Origin: an uncultured delta proteobacterium
Lineage (GTDB): Bacteria > Desulfobacterota > Binatia > UBA9968
Reading direction: 5' to 3'
Assembly (NCBI GenBank): GCA_963745835.1
Contig: CAVUZH010000003.1
Location: 960,001 to 1,024,000, forward strand
Length of the DNA: 64,000 nt
Position 1 is the stretch's first letter; each line of letters begins with the position of its first letter. A program made the position numbers and the translations under genes. Of this stretch, positions 28,062 to 38,151 are shown piece after piece. Under the pieces are notes generated by a model that made no database searches, was not told the origin of the DNA, and saw only the letters and a program-made list of their open reading frames with translations.

Positions 28062-29474
28062 TCAATCCCGGCGCGAAATGGTGTGCGTGGCCGTGCCATA
28101 GAAGCCTTCCGCCGCCTCCATCAAGGTCTCCGAGAGGGTAGGGTGCGGATGGACCGAATCAGCGATATCCCTGGCTGTTGCGCCCATTTCAACTGCCAAA
28201 ACTCCTTCGCTTATCAATTCACCGGCTCCGACTCCGACAATTCCGACTCCGAGAATTCTTTCCGTTTCCGGCTCAACCAGCAGCTTGGTGAGACCATCGG
28301 GACGATCAAGAGTGAGCGCTCTACCCGACGCCCCCCACGAAAATTTCGACACGTTCACCTCGATGCCCTTGTCTTTAGCTTCGCTCTCCGTCAATCCGCA
28401 CCAAGCAACTTCAGGATTGGTATAGACCACGGCTGGAATGATGACGTCATCGAACGCGCTCGCATGTCCCAGTATTGATTCAACCGCAATCTTGGCCTCT
28501 TTGGACGCGCGGTGTGCCAGTAACGCGCCGCCATTGACATCGCCGATAGCGTAGATGTTTGGGTCATCGGTTTGTTGTTGCGGATTACACTGAATGAACC
28601 CTTTGTCGTTTTTGGTGACTTGTGTGTTCTCAAGCCCAAGATCACTATAGTTAGGCGCTCGGCCGACGCTCACCAAGACGCGATCATAAAGCTCTTCGCG
28701 CTGTTCTTTGTCTTTTTGCGTCGTCACTTTGATTTGTTTCCCTGCGGTCGCCATCTTCAAGACCTTGGTGTTGACGCGGATTTCTTTAAACGCCTTCTGG
28801 GCAATTCGAGTCACTGGGCGAACCAGATCGGGATCGACGCCGGTCAGAATAGTGGATAGGGCCTCAAGCACGACAACATTGCTGCCAAGCGCGGCATAAA
28901 CTGTTCCTAGTTCCATGCCAATGTAGCCGCCCCCGACAACCAGCAGATCGCGTGGAATATCTTCAATCTCCAAAGCCTCGGTCGATGTCATGATGCGCTT
29001 ATTGCCCAAATCGAATGCAGAAGGCATCGCGGGCTTCGAGCCGACAGCGATGATAGCTTTCTCGTAACGAATGAATTTCTGCCCTTCGGATGTTTCAACT
29101 CTCAGTGTTTGTGAATCCTCGAAATGCCCCCTGCCGTGGATCATTTGAACGCCGCGTTTTTGCGCGAGTCCCTTTATTCCTTGCCCTAACTTCTCCAAAA
29201 TCGAATTCTTCCAACTGCGCAGTTGATCAAGATTGATCTGCGCCGCCCCCAATTCGATACCGCGAGTGGCTGACTCTTTGGCTTCCCGCAAGATTTCGGT
29301 AGCATGTAAAAGTGCCTTTGAGGGAATGCATCCGACGTTTAGACAAATGCCGCCGAGCCGTGGGCTTTGTTCGACTAAGGTCACTTTTTTACCGTTGTCT
29401 GCCGCATAGAAGGCTGCCGTATAACCGCCAGGCCCGGCGCCGACAACTACGATTTCAGTGCTGATCGGTTCCAT
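28062..29474 (-). CDS. lpdA: Dihydrolipoamide dehydrogenase (E3)
   Basis: GAGPGGY, GGICLNVGCIPSK, HPHPTLSE. Confidence 0.95.
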   Translation of the reverse strand: MEPISTEIVVVGAGPGGYTAAFYAADNGKKVTLVEQSPRLGGICLNVGCIPSKALLHATEILREAKESATRGIELGAAQINLDQLRSWKNSILEKLGQGIKGLAQKRGVQMIHGRGHFEDSQTLRVETSEGQKFIRYEKAIIAVGSKPAMPSAFDLGNKRIMTSTEALEIEDIPRDLLVVGGGYIGMELGTVYAALGSNVVVLEALSTILTGVDPDLVRPVTRIAQKAFKEIRVNTKVLKMATAGKQIKVTTQKDKEQREELYDRVLVSVGRAPNYSDLGLENTQVTKNDKGFIQCNPQQQTDDPNIYAIGDVNGGALLAHRASKEAKIAVESILGHASAFDDVIIPAVVYTNPEVAWCGLTESEAKDKGIEVNVSKFSWGASGRALTLDRPDGLTKLLVEPETERILGVGIVGVGAGELISEGVLAVEMGATARDIADSVHPHPTLSETLMEAAEGFYGTATHTISRRD

Positions 29475-29481
29475 AGTTCAT

Positions 29482-30786
29482 TTACTTTACTATCACGTCC
29501 GCTTCGTCGAATGATTGTAGTGCAGTGATGATATCTTTCAAAAAACGTACCGCATTGGCGCCATCGAGAACGCGATGATCATAGGCCAAGCACAACGGCA
29601 GCATATTTCTCACCGCTATCTTTCCGTCGACGACAACCGGCTTGTTTTGTCCCTGGCCCACACCGAGGATTGCCACCTGGGGCGCATAGATAATCGGTGT
29701 GAAGTGGCTTCCGCCGATACTCCCCTGATTGGAAATGGTAAAAGTGCCGCCTTGCAGTTCCTCTAGCCCAATCTTTCGCTGGCGAGTTTTTTGGGTTAAG
29801 TCCTGAAGTTCACGCGATAGCTGCAACAAGTTTTTTTTGTCCACATCCCGCAGAACTGGGACAATCAATCCAGCATCGGTGTCCACCGCGATGCCGATAT
29901 GACAATAATCCTTCAATATCAGTTCTCCGGTTGTTTCATCGAGACTCGCGTTCGCCATAGGATGTTTTTTCAAAGCTCGCGCCAGTACCAAGAGAATAAA
30001 GGAAGTCAAAGTCAAACGGGCACCACTTTGTTCGTAAGCTGAGTTGTGTTTCTCGCGAAGCGAAAGGATTGCACTAATATCTGCCTCGTCGAATTGATTT
30101 ATTTTCGGAATAGTTGTCCAGGACTCCAACATGCGGCGGCTGACAGTTCGTCGCAACGGAGATAATTTCTCTCGACGAATCGGACCCCATTTGGAAAAAT
30201 CGATAACCTCCCTGAGAGCGGCGGGAGCGCTTTGGCCGGACCCCTGGGGCTGCTGGAGCTCTTGCAATTGCTGTATGTACGCGCGCACATCGGCCATGCG
30301 GATTCTTCCGCCGGCTTCACTGCCGCGAACTCTTGTGAGGTCAATGCCAAGCTCGTGGGCGATCCTCCGCACAGAGGGCGGCGCCGGCGGCGCCATCCCC
30401 GCGCTCGAGTGGTAATGAAAAGTCTCGGCGGGTTTTCGCCCCGCCTCGGGTTCGGCAGCTGTTCGAGCCCTTGGAGCCGGCGCGACGTTCGGTTGCGCGC
30501 GGTTGGAAGACGGACTCGGCGCTGAATTCTTCGCTTCACTCGCCGCTGTCTTGGAACCACTCTCTATGGAAATCAGGACCTGTCCAACCGAGACCTCCAT
30601 ACCTTCCTTGACGTGAACTTTGGTAACCGTGCCGCTGCTGGGAGAGGGTATCGAGCCGACCGCTTTCTGAGTCTCCAACTCCATGAAAGCCTGATCCTTC
30701 TTGATCTCCTGGCCTTCGGAGACAAGGATGTTAACTACTGTTCCGGATTCCACACCCTCAGCGAGTTGCGGGAGTTTAACGTCCAT
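29482..30786 (-). CDS. aceF: Dihydrolipoamide acetyltransferase (E2), single lipoyl domain
   Basis: Lipoyl ETQKA, E3-binding PSVRRIAHELGIDL, catalytic YDHRVLDG. Confidence 0.92.
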   Translation of the reverse strand: MDVKLPQLAEGVESGTVVNILVSEGQEIKKDQAFMELETQKAVGSIPSPSSGTVTKVHVKEGMEVSVGQVLISIESGSKTAASEAKNSAPSPSSNRAQPNVAPAPRARTAAEPEAGRKPAETFHYHSSAGMAPPAPPSVRRIAHELGIDLTRVRGSEAGGRIRMADVRAYIQQLQELQQPQGSGQSAPAALREVIDFSKWGPIRREKLSPLRRTVSRRMLESWTTIPKINQFDEADISAILSLREKHNSAYEQSGARLTLTSFILLVLARALKKHPMANASLDETTGELILKDYCHIGIAVDTDAGLIVPVLRDVDKKNLLQLSRELQDLTQKTRQRKIGLEELQGGTFTISNQGSIGGSHFTPIIYAPQVAILGVGQGQNKPVVVDGKIAVRNMLPLCLAYDHRVLDGANAVRFLKDIITALQSFDEADVIVK

Positions 30787-30809
30787 ATCACTTTGTAGGT
30801 TGTTCGGGC

Positions 30810-33530
30810 TTATAGGTAAAACGGAAATGATTTTTCAGGATCGATTCCGAGATTTTTCAGAGCGGACTCGACCGTTTGGGCCGGCAGTAAGCCCTTTTGG
30901 TAGAGGGCATAGAGGGTGGCCACAGTGGTAAGTTCGGCGTCGACTTCGAAAAATCGCCTCAAATTGGGCCTGGTATCGCTGCGTCCAAAGCCATCGGTGC
31001 CGAGTGTCGTCAGCCCGCCCGGCACCCACGGTGCTATCTGATCGGGTACCATTTTCATGTAATCGGATACTGCGATAAAAACACCCTCTTCGTTCTGTAG
31101 CAGGGACTCCAAATACGACTTCTTGGGCATCGCGGTTGGATGAAGCATATTCCATCGCTTGGTGCGAAGCGCGTCGCCTCGGAGTAGCTTGTAACTGGTA
31201 GCGCTCCACACGTCTGCTGAAACGTCAAATTGTTCCGCGAGCATTTCTTGAGCGCGCAAGGCTTCGCGAAGTAGCGGTCCGCTGCCGAATAGATGCGCCT
31301 TGTGCGCCTTCCCTCTAGGAGCTGATTTGAAACGGTAGAGTCCCTTGATAATCCCGTCTTCTACCCCTTCAGGCATCCCGGGCATTGGATAACTCTCATT
31401 GTACAGTGTCAGATAGTAGAAGTATTCTTCGCCGTCGGCGTACATCCGTTTCAAACCGTCGCGAATGATCACCGCTATTTCATAAGCAAACGCCGCATCA
31501 TAGGTGAGAAGTGTCGGCACAGTGCTGGCCAAGAGATGGCTGTGACCGTCTTGATGTTGCAGGCCCTCGCCGTTTAGTGTTGTGCGGCCCGCGGTGGCGC
31601 CTAACAGAAAACCTTTGCTTTTGCTGTCGGCCGCCGCCCAAATCAAATCTCCGATCCGTTGAAACCCGAACATCGAATAATAGAAGTAGAAGGGGATCAG
31701 ATTGGTCCCAAGATTCGCGTACGAAGTTCCGGCGGCAATAAACGAGGACATAGCCCCCGCTTCGGTAATGCCTTCTTCAAGGATCTGCCCATCTTTCGCT
31801 TCGTTATAATAGAGTAGAGTTTCCCGATCGACCGGTTCGTAGAGTTGACCCTTCGATGAATAGATCCCAATCTGGCGAAAGAGGGAGTCCATGCCGAAGG
31901 TTCTAGCTTCATCCGGAATGATCGGCACAATCCGCTTGCCAATCTCTTGATGGCGCAGGAGTTTTGTCAGGATTCTAACCGTCGCCATTGTTGTCGACAT
32001 CGCGTGTTCTGCTGAACCCTTGAGGAACTCTCCGTACTCGCCCGCATCGGGCACTTTAAGTGCTGTGGCGCTGACTTTTCGTTCCGGGACAAAGCCGCGC
32101 AATTGTTTTCTTCGTTCCAGTAAGTATTGGGTTTCAGGACTGTCTAGCGGTGGACGGTAAAAAGGCGTTTCGACAACTTCCTCATCCGGCAGCGGAATAT
32201 CGAAACGTGTGCGAAACTCGCGCAGCTCCCGTTCGTTGAGCTTCTTCTGCTGGTGAGTAATGTTACGGCCTTCTCCTGCCTCCCCCAAACCGTACCCCTT
32301 GACGGTTTTGGCCAAGATAACCGTCGGCGCGCCTTTGTGTTCGACCGCTGCCTTATAGGCTGAATAAACTTTTGCCGGATCATGACCGCCCCGCAGCAAT
32401 TTACGTATTTGATCGTCGGTGAGGTGGTTCACTCTCTCCAAAAGCTCGGGATACTTGCCGAAGAAGTGTTTGCGAGCATAGCTGCCCGGCTCTACCGAAT
32501 ATTTCTGATAATCTCCGTCTACCGCCTCCTCCATTCTTTTGAGCAGCAATCCATCATTATCCGCTTCAAGTAGCGGGTCCCAATTTGACCCCCAAATGAC
32601 TTTGATCACGTTCCAGCCCGCACCCCGAAAAAGCGATTCGAGCTCTTGAATGATTTTCCCGTTGCCGCGCACAGGACCGTCGAGCCGTTGCAGGTTGCAG
32701 TTCACAACCCAGATTAGGTTATCTAGATTTTCGCGAGACGCCACTGTGAGTGCTCCAGAGGCTTCGGGCTCGTCCATCTCACCGTCGCCTGGAAAACACC
32801 AAACTCGTGGCTCTTCGCCGCTCAATAAGCCCCGGCTTTTTAAATACCGATTAAAGCGCGCCTGATAAATCGACATGATCGGCGCCAGCCCCATCGATAC
32901 TGATGGAAACTGCCAGAAACTGGGCATTAGATACGGATGAGGATAGGATGAGACACCGCCAACGTTTGATAGCTCCTGTCTGAAGTGATGAAGCTTGGGC
33001 GCGTTGATTCTCCACTCCACATAAGCGCGCGAATACGATCCGGGAGAAGCATGGCCTTGAAAATAGATCATATCCGCGTTGTTATCGCCGTCGCTTCCTC
33101 TGAAAAAATGATTTAGCCCAACTTCATAGAGAGTTGCCGCAGACGCATAAGTCGAGATGTGGCCGCCGATATCGGCATGGAGTCGATTGGCTTTAACCAC
33201 CATCGCCATGGCGTTCCAACGCACGTAGCTCTTGATCCGCCTTTCGATCTCGCGATTTCCTGGATACTTCGGCTCTTTCTCTGCCGGGATAGTGTTGAGG
33301 TAGGGTGTGCTGATCCTGTCGGGGACTTTGAGCCCTGATTCGCGTAAACGATCCGCAAGCTCGTCCAGAAGGTGACCAGCTTGTTCCGATTCTTCATTCT
33401 TTAGAATATATTCGAGTATGTACTCCAGCGAAGCAACCCACTTGTTTCGATCGCTCTTGAGTCCTTTGCCGTTGCCACGGTTGGTTTCAGGTTTGGGAGT
33501 CTGAGCCGCGTCTTTTTCTTCTCGCTCCAT
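30810..33530 (-). CDS. aceE: Pyruvate dehydrogenase E1 (homodimeric type)
   Basis: GGHISTYAS, GDGEMDEPE, NCNLQRLDGPV, GEGLQHQDG. Confidence 0.95.
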   Translation of the reverse strand: MEREEKDAAQTPKPETNRGNGKGLKSDRNKWVASLEYILEYILKNEESEQAGHLLDELADRLRESGLKVPDRISTPYLNTIPAEKEPKYPGNREIERRIKSYVRWNAMAMVVKANRLHADIGGHISTYASAATLYEVGLNHFFRGSDGDNNADMIYFQGHASPGSYSRAYVEWRINAPKLHHFRQELSNVGGVSSYPHPYLMPSFWQFPSVSMGLAPIMSIYQARFNRYLKSRGLLSGEEPRVWCFPGDGEMDEPEASGALTVASRENLDNLIWVVNCNLQRLDGPVRGNGKIIQELESLFRGAGWNVIKVIWGSNWDPLLEADNDGLLLKRMEEAVDGDYQKYSVEPGSYARKHFFGKYPELLERVNHLTDDQIRKLLRGGHDPAKVYSAYKAAVEHKGAPTVILAKTVKGYGLGEAGEGRNITHQQKKLNERELREFRTRFDIPLPDEEVVETPFYRPPLDSPETQYLLERRKQLRGFVPERKVSATALKVPDAGEYGEFLKGSAEHAMSTTMATVRILTKLLRHQEIGKRIVPIIPDEARTFGMDSLFRQIGIYSSKGQLYEPVDRETLLYYNEAKDGQILEEGITEAGAMSSFIAAGTSYANLGTNLIPFYFYYSMFGFQRIGDLIWAAADSKSKGFLLGATAGRTTLNGEGLQHQDGHSHLLASTVPTLLTYDAAFAYEIAVIIRDGLKRMYADGEEYFYYLTLYNESYPMPGMPEGVEDGIIKGLYRFKSAPRGKAHKAHLFGSGPLLREALRAQEMLAEQFDVSADVWSATSYKLLRGDALRTKRWNMLHPTAMPKKSYLESLLQNEEGVFIAVSDYMKMVPDQIAPWVPGGLTTLGTDGFGRSDTRPNLRRFFEVDAELTTVATLYALYQKGLLPAQTVESALKNLGIDPEKSFPFYL

Positions 33531-33586
33531 GGAAATCTCCTAGCCGTTTAGCAGACAACAAAAAGTCACCGAAATCAACTAACCCG

Positions 33587-34306
33587 ATGCAATATATCGA
33601 ACTTACTCTGCCTGATCCAGCAAGCAATCTCGCCTGCGATGAGGCGTTGGTTGAACTGTTCGAAGCCCAACGCGCACCGGATAGTCTCCTGAGAATCTGG
33701 GAACCCAAAAACCATTTCATTGTGTTGGGTCATTCGAATCGTATCGATTCCGAGGTGGATTTGGCAGCGTGTGAGTCCGAGCGACTGTCGATTTTTCGCC
33801 GTTTGAGCGGCGGCGGAACTGTTATGCAGGGAGCTGGCTGTCTGAACTATAGTTTGATATTACGAAATGGCGTTGACATTCCTCTGGGCATCGCAGAATC
33901 GTTCCAGGTTGTGTTAGAGCATCATAAGCAATGCATTCAAGAAATGATAGGGGATCGTGTGGACATTGCCGGTGTAAGCGATCTTGTTATCAATGACCGG
34001 AAATTTTCCGGCAACGCGCAATATCGCAAGCGCCGGTTTACTCTAGTGCACGGGACTTTTTTACTCAATCTAGATCCGGCAATCGTTGCTCGCTGTTTAC
34101 GGCTACCATCGAAACAGCCGGCCTATCGTCAGAACCGATCCCATGACTCTTTCATGCGCAATCTTCATCTAGATCCGAACGACGTGCGTAAAGCACTAAA
34201 AGCGGCATGGTCTGCAAGTGATCAATTCACCGAAGTTCCAAACGCCATGATCGACGATCTTAAGAAGAGCCGCTATGGGCGGCCAGATTGGACACGCAAA
34301 TTCTGA
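33587..34306 (+). CDS. Lipoate-protein ligase family (catalytic domain only)
   Basis: NLACDEAL, RRLSGGGTV, KFSGNAQ, HGTFL; divergent from aceE. Confidence 0.85.
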   Translation: MQYIELTLPDPASNLACDEALVELFEAQRAPDSLLRIWEPKNHFIVLGHSNRIDSEVDLAACESERLSIFRRLSGGGTVMQGAGCLNYSLILRNGVDIPLGIAESFQVVLEHHKQCIQEMIGDRVDIAGVSDLVINDRKFSGNAQYRKRRFTLVHGTFLLNLDPAIVARCLRLPSKQPAYRQNRSHDSFMRNLHLDPNDVRKALKAAWSASDQFTEVPNAMIDDLKKSRYGRPDWTRKF

Positions 34307-34376
34307 AGGATCGATTACGGGAACGCATCAGATTATTGGTCGGCGACGCTTCCCGTGAAAGAGACGTGATAAAAAG

Positions 34377-34453
34377 TGGTGGCGGTGGGCGGAGTCGAAC
34401 CGCCGACGCCGCGGATATGAGCCGCGTGCTCTGACCAACTGAGCTACACCGCC
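34377..34453 (-). tRNA. tRNA-Met (CAT), elongator-like
   Basis: GGCGGTGTAGCTCAGTTGG...CTCATAT...GGTTCGACTCC...CCA; 77 nt cloverleaf. Confidence 0.93.
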
Positions 34454-34488
34454 GTGGAATTCTAAATTAAGCTGGGATGGCGAAAAGA

Positions 34489-35238
34489 TCAAGGAGCACG
34501 GAGCTTGGGCTTTTTGCTCCAGTTGTCGTGGACCAAGCTCTTCTGAACAGTTTTCGTTCCTCGCTTGATTTGAAAGAGGACTTTCTCTTCAATCGCAAGA
34601 CAACTCAATTTATTCCCGTAAACAAGCCCGGTATCCAATCCGATTTTGTACGGAAGATCGAATAGCGCTTCTTTTTGCGGAGTGTGCCCGAATAGAACGG
34701 TGAAAGGAAGTTTGTGCGGATTTCGAATAAACTCGCCCCGAATCCAATACATCTCCGTGGCGGTTTGTTCTTCTAACGTTTTAAGCGGCTGAATTCCCGC
34801 GTGAACGCATAGATACGGTTTTACCAGGTAGAAGGTCTCAAGATTCTGATAAAATCTTAAATGTGCTGGTGGAAGTTGTTCGGCAACTTCAATGCCGCCG
34901 AAGGTACGCGCGTGGATGCCATAACTGGCGAGAGTAGCAAGGCCGCCATTGCTTAAAAAAACATCTCCATGGTTCCCTGACAAGCCCAGGTAGTCCAAAA
35001 ACATGTCCTCATGATTCCCCTTCAGAAAAACTGCTTCTACGTTCGCTTGCTTCGGAAGTTCCAAGAGGTAAGACACTACACCCATGGAATGAGGACCACG
35101 GTCAATATAATCGCCCAGGAAAATCAGGCGGTCACCGTGTTCAACAGGCAACTGTTCAATGAGATAGCGGAGTTCGGCTAGACAACCGTGTATGTCTCCA
35201 ACCACATAAGAAGTCATTACCCGCTCATCGTAGGTCAC
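34489..35238 (-). CDS. Metallophosphoesterase (PPP-type Ser/Thr phosphatase)
   Basis: GDIHG, GDYIDRG, GNHE, HAG, GHTP, DTG. Confidence 0.9.
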   Translation of the reverse strand: MTYDERVMTSYVVGDIHGCLAELRYLIEQLPVEHGDRLIFLGDYIDRGPHSMGVVSYLLELPKQANVEAVFLKGNHEDMFLDYLGLSGNHGDVFLSNGGLATLASYGIHARTFGGIEVAEQLPPAHLRFYQNLETFYLVKPYLCVHAGIQPLKTLEEQTATEMYWIRGEFIRNPHKLPFTVLFGHTPQKEALFDLPYKIGLDTGLVYGNKLSCLAIEEKVLFQIKRGTKTVQKSLVHDNWSKKPKLRAP

Positions 35239-35316
35239 TGCGACTCATACTTCAAACTGCGCATACGTGGTCGATAAAAAATTGACGCAAATCATCGCAT
35301 TTGATAAAAGAACGCA

Positions 35317-35691
35317 ATGAAGATCCGTGACGTTTACTCTAGCTATCCCCTTATGTTGGGAATTTTGTGTCTATTTCTCGGCGCTGGAAATTGGATTGTT
35401 GGCATTTCTGAGAGTGCGAAATATCAAGCGCTATTACACAAAACCGCACAGACGGGCCTAGAAGAATCTTACCGCAGCTTCCAGGAACTCGATCAACAAA
35501 AGAATGAAGAGGTTCTGCTGCGAATCAATAAAGACAGGGAGAGGTATAATGCCGCGCGTGTCAAATTAGACTTTTACCACGTCGTTCTGATTGGCGGACG
35601 CTGGCTACTACTGATTGGAGCTGGGATAACTGTCGCATCGATCATCCGCCTGATACGCCGGGATGCTCCCATGAGTATCTCGGCCACTTAA
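35317..35691 (+). CDS. Hypothetical two-TM membrane protein
   Basis: Two hydrophobic helices flanking a charged loop; fills the intergenic space. Confidence 0.65.
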   Translation: MKIRDVYSSYPLMLGILCLFLGAGNWIVGISESAKYQALLHKTAQTGLEESYRSFQELDQQKNEEVLLRINKDRERYNAARVKLDFYHVVLIGGRWLLLIGAGITVASIIRLIRRDAPMSISAT

Positions 35692-35695
35692 TGAG

Positions 35696-36718
35696 CTATT
35701 TGGACGGCTTCGATTTCTGATATTTACGGTAATCGTATCCAGTGGCCATGGCGAGTAGTATATCTTCCATTCCACCGGTCTTCTCGCGTCTCAGAATGAG
35801 CAATCGTTCATAGAACTCTTTGAAATCTTTATACACTCGTTGATTTTCGTCTACCTTACGCAGAAAAAAATCCTTAATACGAGTAACCGTGAACCGCAAT
35901 GCTGAGAAGCGTAGTTCATTAGGAAATGAATCCCACTCTGGAAGGGACAACGGCCGCAAGCTCTCGTAACCAGAAATCAGCGCCTCGAAACGATCGATAC
36001 GATACCTGCCATCGATAAAGCACAGCGCGTTAACGGCGGTAGCTAGATCGTAAATGAGCTTTCCACGACAAGCTGCCTCAAAGTCTAGGACCCCAACCAA
36101 GCGGGTACCCTTAAATTTAACGTTGTCGGGAAAAAGATCTCCGTGGATTATGCCTTTCGGCAAATTGTTGTCCAAATAGTTCTCAAGATAGGAAAATTCA
36201 TCGTCTAGAACCCTTATAATATGCTTCAGATGCGGTGGGAGCTGACGCCGCGCCTCTCGATAAGTCATGACGATCCGGTTGAAACCAAAGCGGTTATCTA
36301 TCCCTTTTTTGTATCCCCGCCCGATTAGATGGAGATTCGCTAAAGCGTTGCCCAAGGCGGTCAAATGCGTCGCAGTTAGCGATTCGACCCCGAGCTCGGC
36401 CCCTTCCAGGTAACGGCTGATGGTAAGTATCTTGCCATTAAATTCCACATAATGGCGACCGGTTTTACTCTTGATCGGCTGCAAACAAGGAAAGCCCTGC
36501 TTTTTCAAATAGAAGAGCAAATCAAGCTCCTGCTTGACTTCTAATTCTCCCTTAATTTCGTCTATTTTAGCGAAAAATCGTCCACGCTTGGTCTCAAGAA
36601 GATAGTGCGTATTTACCGATCCGTTTTTGATTCCGGTGACACTGACGAGTTCGCCGAGGGCAAACTCATCGGCGAGCTTGATAGCGTCTTTTTTCGCCAG
36701 TGTCGTGTAGATAGCCAT
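35696..36718 (-). CDS. thrB: Homoserine kinase type II (APH family)
   Basis: MAIYT, GSVNTHY, GIIHGDLFPDNV, LDFE, YDLATAVN, ALRF. Confidence 0.85.
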   Translation of the reverse strand: MAIYTTLAKKDAIKLADEFALGELVSVTGIKNGSVNTHYLLETKRGRFFAKIDEIKGELEVKQELDLLFYLKKQGFPCLQPIKSKTGRHYVEFNGKILTISRYLEGAELGVESLTATHLTALGNALANLHLIGRGYKKGIDNRFGFNRIVMTYREARRQLPPHLKHIIRVLDDEFSYLENYLDNNLPKGIIHGDLFPDNVKFKGTRLVGVLDFEAACRGKLIYDLATAVNALCFIDGRYRIDRFEALISGYESLRPLSLPEWDSFPNELRFSALRFTVTRIKDFFLRKVDENQRVYKDFKEFYERLLILRREKTGGMEDILLAMATGYDYRKYQKSKPSK

Positions 36719-36784
36719 CTCTTAAGTTACCGACTGATTTCAGGTTTTTAACGAAAGATTCTCACCGAATCGCTAACCCCGCTA

Positions 36785-36813
36785 AATATAATGAAAAAAG
36801 GTGCTTATGTCAA
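36785..36813 (-). promoter_or_regulatory. Sigma-70 promoter of thrB
   Basis: TTGACA-17 bp-TATATT on the minus strand. Confidence 0.6.
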
Positions 36814-36995
36814 TAACCAACTCCGCTCAATCATGGTAAAACAAATCGATTTAGAGTGACCTCATTATAGATATCGGGGCGATCAACACTGGGAGAAATC
36901 GGCCAAACCAGTTCGGAGGAACTTTCTTCTACGGAGCGCTTTTTTGTAAGAAGTCTTCAGAGCTATTTAATTCAATACCGAACCTTGATTGGTAG

Positions 36996-37019
36996 GCAAG
37001 ATCAACTGATTGATCTTGC
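36996..37019. repeat. Perfect 10-bp inverted repeat (operator or hairpin)
   Basis: GCAAGATCAA-CTGA-TTGATCTTGC. Confidence 0.75.
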
Positions 37020-37060
37020 TTTGAACTCTGAAAGTGAAGAAACGTGTTATTACACAAGTA

Positions 37061-37069
37061 TGTGGATAA
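37061..37069 (-). promoter_or_regulatory. Single consensus DnaA box
   Basis: TGTGGATAA = TTATCCACA on the minus strand. Confidence 0.4.
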
Positions 37070-37287
37070 ACTTTTCTCTTGACAATTCTACATACGTTTT
37101 CTTAATGTCCTTGACGGTGAGGTTCGGTGGCTTGTCAATAGTGGGACACTCTAGCGGCATTGATTTATAATTAGGGGTTCGAGTGTTTGGAATAGACTAA
37201 TGCGCGAGAACGGCTTTGGTCGGGGCACTACCGTAAGATTGGCGTCCGCACTGCTGTAGCCCGGCAAATCGACAGGAGGTTTAGGGA

Positions 37288-37488
37288 ATGGCAACCGGAA
37301 AGGTAAAGTGGTTCAATAATTCCAAAGGGTATGGTTTTATTGAAAAAGAGGGAGGCGGCGATGTGTTTGTTCACTACACCGCCATTCAAGGCGATGGATT
37401 CAAGACTCTTAACGAAGGCCAGTTAGTCGAATTCGAACTATCCCAAGGTGATAAAGGCCCCCAAGCAATTAACGTCACAAAGGTTTGA
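37288..37488 (+). CDS. cspA: Cold-shock protein
   Basis: GKVKWFN, KGYGFI, DVFVHY; strong AGGAGG RBS. Confidence 0.96.
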   Translation: MATGKVKWFNNSKGYGFIEKEGGGDVFVHYTAIQGDGFKTLNEGQLVEFELSQGDKGPQAINVTKV

Positions 37489-37638
37489 ATAGAAACAACG
37501 AACTGCCCTCCCCGGTGAGCAAGAAAAAGTCGGGTACAGGCAATTGCTGATTTTATACCTAAGAGGGTTGCATAGGTTAACTTGTAGTTCACTCGCTGTT
37601 TATTGCGGGAGAGAAATGGAAGAGAGGAATACTAGATC

Positions 37639-38151
37639 ATGCAAGTGGATAGGGTGAACACGGTCGACGACTCCAAGTTTGGCCAGGACCGACTCCTGAA
37701 TGAGACAGTAGTTCTGACACGTTTAGACAAGGCGATTGGTTGGGCACGCAAATATTCCTTGTTTCCGTACCCGTTTGCGACAGCGTGCTGTGCGATGGAG
37801 TACATGTCGTTATCGATGTCGCCCTACGATATCGACCGTTTCGGCGCGCTTCTGCCCCGCTTCAGCCCACGTCAGGCAGATCTGTTGATGGTGATCGGTA
37901 CTGTGAATCATAAGTTGTCGCCAGTTTTAAAGCGTGTCTATGAACAAATGTCCGAACCCAAATGGGTTATGGCATTTGGTGCGTGTGCGGCCAGCGGCGG
38001 TTTCTATGACAACTACGCCACTGTCCAAGGAATTGATCGCATCATTCCAGTCGACGTTTATGTCCCGGGTTGCCCGCCACGGCCTGAAGCAGTACTTGAT
38101 GGCCTGATGGAGTTGCAGAAGCGGATTGCAAATGCAAAGCAGCCCGTATGA
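37639..38151 (+). CDS. nuoB: NADH-quinone oxidoreductase subunit B family (stand-alone)
   Basis: ACCAMEY, SPRQADL, GACA..GG, VDVYVPGCPPRPE. Confidence 0.92.
   Translation: MQVDRVNTVDDSKFGQDRLLNETVVLTRLDKAIGWARKYSLFPYPFATACCAMEYMSLSMSPYDIDRFGALLPRFSPRQADLLMVIGTVNHKLSPVLKRVYEQMSEPKWVMAFGACAASGGFYDNYATVQGIDRIIPVDVYVPGCPPRPEAVLDGLMELQKRIANAKQPV

Noticed and set aside
36719-37287. Replication origin
   Set aside because: Only one consensus DnaA box and no dnaA/dnaN/gidA context
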